DNA from: Hyphochytrium catenoides
Lineage: Eukaryota; Protista; Hyphochytriomycota
Length of the DNA stretch: 54,994 nucleotides
Reading direction: 5' to 3'
Assembly (NCBI GenBank): GCA_900088475.1
Contig: FLMG01000291.1
Coordinates: forward strand, 1 to 54,994
The stretch's first letter is position 1, and every line of letters starts with the position of its first letter. Below, piece after piece: positions 49,596-54,994 of the stretch. A program made the position numbers and the translations under genes. The notes below the pieces were generated by a model. It did no database searches. It saw only the letters and a list, made by a program, of their open reading frames with translations, and was not told where the DNA came from.

Positions 49596-50210
49596 ATGAA
49601 GTTCTCTCTTGCCGGTCTTCTTCTCGCTGCCGCGGCCCTTGTTGGAAGCGCTCAAGCTGTCCCTCCCCCAAAGGACAAGATCACCATTGATGTCGTCACT
49701 CTGAACGGCTCTGGGTGTCCTCCTGGCTCTGCTGCCGTGGCCGTCGCTCCTGACAACACGGCATTCACCGTCACCTATAGCTCCTACCTCGCCTCGGCAG
49801 GCTATGGCACGAAGCCCACGGACGGAAGGAAGAACTGCCAGCTGAACCTCCGTGTAAATGTCCCAGGTGGATTCACATTCGCCATTGCCAGCGCTGACTA
49901 CAGAGGCTTCGCCTCCCTCGCTGCTGGCGCCACAGGCTTACACCAGGCTTCCTACTACTTCCAGGGCAACTCTTTGACCACCTCCAGCTCTAAGACCTTC
50001 AAGGGCCCCATGGAGGACAACTGGCAAGTGACTGACGACTCTGATGTCGCTATCTACGCCCCATGCAAGGAGAAGCGCCTGTTTAACATCAACACTGAGC
50101 TGCGTGTCAGCAAGGGCACGTCCAGTCCTCAGAGCACCAGTTACATGGCTGTGGATTCCGCTGATGGCTCAATCACCACGAAGTACAACTTCTCTTGGCA
50201 GAAGTGTTGA
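49596..50210 (+). CDS. Secreted DUF4360-family protein, copy 2 (204 aa)
   Basis: Signal peptide MKFSLAGLLLAAAALVGSAQA and the same motifs as copy 1; intronless. Confidence 0.92.
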   Translation: MKFSLAGLLLAAAALVGSAQAVPPPKDKITIDVVTLNGSGCPPGSAAVAVAPDNTAFTVTYSSYLASAGYGTKPTDGRKNCQLNLRVNVPGGFTFAIASADYRGFASLAAGATGLHQASYYFQGNSLTTSSSKTFKGPMEDNWQVTDDSDVAIYAPCKEKRLFNINTELRVSKGTSSPQSTSYMAVDSADGSITTKYNFSWQKC

Positions 50211-51696
50211 AGTCGTTTCTCACCTCTAGGGAATACGAAGGTTGAAGCGTGACAGCGGCATGAGTGGTGCAAGGAGCCAGCTTAAGTGTTTCTCCTAGGG
50301 GCTTATTTCTAGCAAAGGGTTGTTGCTGCGCAGCAACCATAGAGCGCAAAGACGGTATTGCGGTTGTTGAACGCCATAGGGAGGGAGGCAGGGAAGAGAG
50401 CGAAAGGAAAAGGTCTTCTGAGGTTCAAGCAAGGTTGTGCGTGTAGACGTAGGATGCAGCGGCACGTAGTAGTGGTGACTCTCCCACGCACCGTACGATA
50501 TAAGCAACACAAGGACATATTTTATAAATACGTAGAATAGTTAAGGTGTAAAGGACAACTAATGGACAGTAAGCGGTTGATGAGCCACAAGAAAAGGCAG
50601 CAGGAGTATCCTTTTTCTCTTCGAAGGGCGAAGAGGCCGTCAGTGATGGAAAACAGCACTCGATATTGCTCTTCTTTCTTCCGATCATCCCCACTGTCAT
50701 CCTGTTGTCGACATCTTGTCTTCCTCTTGTCATAAGCAGTGGAGTAGAGCGCTCTACCTTGTTAGAGCTGATCGCCTCACTACCAGAAGTCAGCAATGCT
50801 TCTTGGTCCACTCATAACTTTTTGGTCATTGTTGCTGACGCTTTCTCTCCGTGAGATTACTGCTTCTAGGAGGAACCACCATCAACATGGCAAACACAGA
50901 GCAAGAGAGAGACAAGGAAAAGAGAGAAGAGAGAGAGAAGCGGTATTACGAGGAGAAAGAGGACCGAGCAAAACAAAGAAGGATAACAAGAGAGAGAGAG
51001 AGAGAGTTTTTGAGAAATGAGAAGAGAAAAAAGCAGACCTATTCTTCTCAAAGTTTTTGCTTATCTGAGTGGTGTACGTGCAAACCTAAGAATGAGACGA
51101 GCTCGTCATCATCATCATCAACTCCCCAACCTCTCTCTCACTGTATGAAGGCTTCTAGTTCCACCTCATGCACCAAGGCGCGGCGGCCGTACAAGTACCA
51201 TCAATAATGAAGAAAAGAGTGGACCTGACCGGTAATGCCCAAAAAATAAGAATTATGCAAGCCGCTTCCAGCAGCAGGAGCTTCAAAAGATGAGACTTTT
51301 GCCGTGTAGTAACGACCACTCTGCTGTTGTCTCGGCGTAGTAAGAGTAAACCCTTCTTGAAAGCAGAGATAGCGAGCCCTTTCTTGTCATGTTTGCTTTT
51401 AATACCGCCCTTCGCAACGTTCATCAATTTTCGCGAAAATTAAGGAGGGGCTACGGCGGGTTGCGGAGCTAACCCTTGATGATCTGCAAGAGAATCGCTC
51501 CCACTGCAGTGTCGGAAGCGTTGTTGGTCTGAACCACAAAAGATTGTTGCTCAGAATCCGGCGGCGGGTTGATGATAGCTCCCGGAGCAGAAGCTACTAG
51601 AGCTTCTTCATTTAGTGCAGCACGCTCTTGCTCTGCCTGAGCAGTTTATCGGCCTCCTTCATTAGTCCGTCAAAGGCGCCGAGATCTTGGCGAACC

Positions 51697-52511
51697 CAAT
51701 CTCGTATTGTTGACGATAAGCTGATCCCGTGGTGGGAATGGCCAAGTGGCTTTCTGTTATTGAGTTGATGAAGTCTGGCTACTACTATTGTCAAATAAGA
51801 ATCAACAATGATGAGGACGGTGATGAACACAACGAGACAGCTTTCACGACTCGGTATAGCGTTTACGAGTGGAAGGTACTACCCTTTGGGCCGAGCGGTG
51901 CTTCATTTACCACGTTCATTCATTTATGAGGTTGATGCAACAAGAGGTGCTCCCCCCTTACTTGGATAATAAGTTGGTTGTGATGATAGTCTTCAGGATC
52001 AGCTCTGTATGCTCAGGCCTATCAAGCTGCTGAACGCGCAAGCCGCTCTACTCGTCGACAGTTAACATTCCACTCCAAAGACCTAGTCTGGCTCAAGGCC
52101 GAGGTATCGTGAACCCCGACTGTGGTGATGGAAAACGTACCTATCTACCTCGTCGGCCTGGTACTCTTTCCGGCATCCAGAAGAAGATTGGTAATAATGA
52201 TGATGCCGACTACACCTGGCATTGCCCAGGGCTTATCCGCTCCACCCAGTCGTTCACGTCTCCTTGCTGGAGAATTATCACCTTCCCCTGATGAACCTAT
52301 TCATAGACGCAAGCAACAAGAAGCAACCTCAGCCGATTCCTTTTGTAGGTCCTCTCGGCGGTGATGATCTACATTATTATCAGCTCGAAAAGATATTGAA
52401 GAGAAGATAGAGACTTGAGACTACCACCGTCCTCGGCGCCAATATGTCGCCACATGGCTCGTCGGATACCCTCTCTTTGATGCTACGTGGGAAACAGAGT
52501 CAAATTTTATG
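51697..52511 (+). mobile_element. Decayed, internally deleted Ty3/Gypsy chromovirus pol (RT N-part, integrase C-terminus, chromodomain)
   Basis: RT: RIVDD..AKWLSVIELMKSGYYYCQIRI..TAFTTRYSVYEWKVLPFG. Integrase tail: DLVWLK..LHPVVHVSLLENY. Chromodomain: YYQLEKILKRR..QYVATWLVGYPLFDATWETESNF. Stops and frameshifts throughout. Confidence 0.88.
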
Positions 52512-52673
52512 TCCGATGGTGAAGCAGCCCCACGCAGCTTCTTCTAAACACCGTCAACACTTGGCTCTTCTCTAACTTCGTAGCCACTGGACCTGATGTT
52601 GATGGAACCTGCTGGTGGCTTGACTAGTACTTTGCGCTCTACTTTTCTTGCCGCGGATGGCAACAGGCGCGGC

Positions 52674-53365
52674 AGGAGGGGAGCATGTAACATCTTCTCC
52701 TTCTATTCATCGATGCGTTGAAAAGAATGTTTCCTGAACAAGCCAAAGGATCACGTCCGTTATGATGAGGAGCGGCAGTCCACACCCGATACGCTCAATG
52801 ACACTCTTTTTGCACTGTGTAGCTGATAGTAGTAGTCTAGATCTTGCAGGGTCTGCATAGTAAAGGGATGAGCGAAGACAGAGTTCCCCCGCTGTAATCT
52901 GTAACCTCACGTCACGTTTTCCAGACTATCTGCACTTTGGCTAGTGCGCTACAGTGTCTTTTCCTAGGCTTCCTCTGTGCCTACGCTTAGCGTACGATGA
53001 GAGACCGACAGGTGTCAGGAAGTTGTACCACCACCGGCAGGTTCTGGACGCTACATAGAATCTCTGGGAAGATGAGTCTCCTGTCTCTTCTCTCTTTTTA
53101 TCTCTCCTCTCGCTCTCGCCATTCTCTGTCCTGCTCACTCTTTCTCGTCGCCCGCATTTACTCCCTCTCTTTCTCTTCCTCTCTTCTCTCTGTCCCTCGT
53201 CTCTCTGTCTCTCCTCTCTCTGTGTAGGTTTGCCATGACTTTGAAGGTGTTTCCCTCTAGAAGCAGTGATGTCACCAAGAGAGCGCGAGCACCAATAATC
53301 AAGTACTTATTACGGACCAAGAAGCATCACGACCTCTGGTGACGTGCACGGCGGTTCGCCTTACA
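52674..53365 (+). mobile_element. Polypurine tract and putative 3' LTR (TGTAA 52686 ... TTACA 53365)
   Basis: aggagggggag directly precedes tgtaaca, ~170 bp after the chromodomain. The right end is inferred only from a TTACA inverted terminus, and no second LTR was found. Confidence 0.5.
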
Positions 53366-53853
53366 ATAGCGCGGACATGCATAAATAGCAGTCGCCAGTG
53401 AGCTAGCCCTCTTCACGGGTCCTCAGCCTGGCGATCAGCTCTAGCAACCAAGAAGGAAGAGCGTACCTCTCCACTGTGGACAACAGGAAGAAGATAAAGC
53501 GTCCAGCAGGACAGGATGGCAGTGGGAGATGATCGGAAGAAAGAAGAGGGATAGTAGAGGAGCATCCACCACTGACGGCGTCTCCTCCACTTCTAATAAG
53601 AACAAGAGCACTACTCCTGTCTTTTCTTTTAACTCGACCAACCAGTTACTGTCCAATATTAGTTGTCCTTATTAGCCATGGTTCCTACTCTTCTTACAAT
53701 TGTTTTGCTTGCGGCGGAACTATGGTACGGTTTGACTCCCACTGCTATGTGGCGCTGCAACCTACATCTACACGACAAAGCTTTGTTGAACGGCAAGCAA
53801 CCTCCATGTGTCTGTCTCATGCTTCAACCTTCGTCGTCCCTATGAGGTGAAGG

Positions 53854-54468
53854 CTAACACTTCTGCCAAGAGAAGTTGTACTTGGTAGCGAATGAGCCAT
53901 CAGTGGAGTCCACAGCCATGTAACTGGTACTCTGCGGGCTAGACGTGCCCTTCTTCACGCGCAGCTCAGTGTTGATGTTAAACAGGCGCTTCTCCTTGCA
54001 AGGGGCGTAGATAGCGACACCTGCCTCGTCAGTCACTTGCCAGTTGTCCTCCATGGGGCCCTTGAAGGTCTTAGAGCTCGGAGTGGTCAGAGAGTTGCCC
54101 TGGAAGTAGTAGGAAGCCTGGTGTAAACCTGTGGCGCCAGCAGCGAGGGAGGCAAACCCTCTGTAGTCAGCGCTGGCAATGGCGAATGTGAATCCGCTTG
54201 GGACATTTACACGGAGGTTCAGCTGGCAGTTCTTCCTTCCATCGGTGAGCTTCGTGCCATAGCCTGCCGAGGCGAGGTAGGAGCTATAGGTGACGGTGAA
54301 TGCCGTGTTGTCAGGAGCGACCGCCACGGCAGCAGAGCCAGGAGGGCATCCAGAGCCGTTCAGAGTGACGACATCAATGGTGATATTGCCTTGGGGTGGA
54401 GCGATCTCCTGAGCGCTTCCAACTAGAGCCGCAGCGGCGAGGAGAAGACCGGCAAGAGAGAACTTCAT
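53854..54468 (-). CDS. Secreted DUF4360-family protein, copy 3 (204 aa), inverted relative to copy 2
   Basis: 16 of 204 aa differ from copy 2 by manual count. Shares the 5' leader catcacagcaaacgtgctagacaaa.catg and the 3' block cacctc.taggga..acgaaggttgaagc. Confidence 0.92.
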   Translation of the reverse strand: MKFSLAGLLLAAAALVGSAQEIAPPQGNITIDVVTLNGSGCPPGSAAVAVAPDNTAFTVTYSSYLASAGYGTKLTDGRKNCQLNLRVNVPSGFTFAIASADYRGFASLAAGATGLHQASYYFQGNSLTTPSSKTFKGPMEDNWQVTDEAGVAIYAPCKEKRLFNINTELRVKKGTSSPQSTSYMAVDSTDGSFATKYNFSWQKC

Positions 54469-54994
54469 GGTTTGTCTAGCACGTTTGCTGTGATGAGGCT
54501 TCTGTTGAGTTTGGACCTGGGTCTCCGGATGCTGGAAAGATCAATAATGAGGTTTCTGGGGACGCCCGACGCGAAATTCAGTGGTGGTGGGGTTTCCAAC
54601 GACAGGCGGCCATATAGCAAGACGAGTGAATGGAGAGGAGGAAGTAGAAGGAAGTGAAGGTCGTGCTGTAGACGATAGAGAGATAAGGAGAAGCAAGGGC
54701 GGAGAAGAGGAGCTCTCACAAGGTGGTAGGCAGTTGATGCGGTGGTGCCCTGCACTAGCGACCGACGAATGGATGATAGGAACGTGACAAGCTGTTGCCC
54801 CAATCGTCAAGATTCCATCGTCTTCTATCCTCCTTTCCTTTCTGGCCGTGTCCCTAAAGATACTGTCGGGTCTAGGATGGACGGCTGCTGGTGGTGCTGT
54901 CGATGTACGGCAGACCAAAAAGACCAGGAGGCAGTAGGAGAAAGAGAAAAGGACCGAGGGAGATAAGAACCGTTGAATGATGAGCCGCCGCGCG

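Noticed and set aside
50540-51690. 5' LTR or gag of the Gypsy relic
   Set aside because: No sequence matching the putative 3' LTR and no PBS identified by eye
1-54994. tRNA or rRNA genes
   Set aside because: None recognised by eye; tRNAscan-SE/Infernal would be needed to exclude them

Overview
Draft-assembly window (4 N gaps) from an intron-rich eukaryote with many GA/CT microsatellites. It is probably a protist or basal fungus-like organism, but the taxon cannot be determined from sequence alone. Left to right it contains: decayed, largely non-coding DNA (1-6 kb); an intronless 7TM GPCR-like gene; a 9-exon HMG-CoA lyase; and a convergent 9-exon pepsin-family gene that lacks the first catalytic Asp. 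Three locally expanded families follow. (i) Two ~1850-aa tandem paralogs with a long helical N-terminus, a SPRY domain and a DUF4246-like domain whose putative metal ligands are degenerate; one copy is frameshifted. (ii) Two intronless ankyrin-like paralogs in a ~4-kb tandem duplication. (iii) Three intronless secreted DUF4360 genes that look actinobacterial (HGT candidate); two of them form an inverted pair around a decayed chromodomain Ty3/Gypsy element. Exon models were built by hand from GT-AG sites and phase continuity. Family assignments rest on recalled motifs, not database searches.
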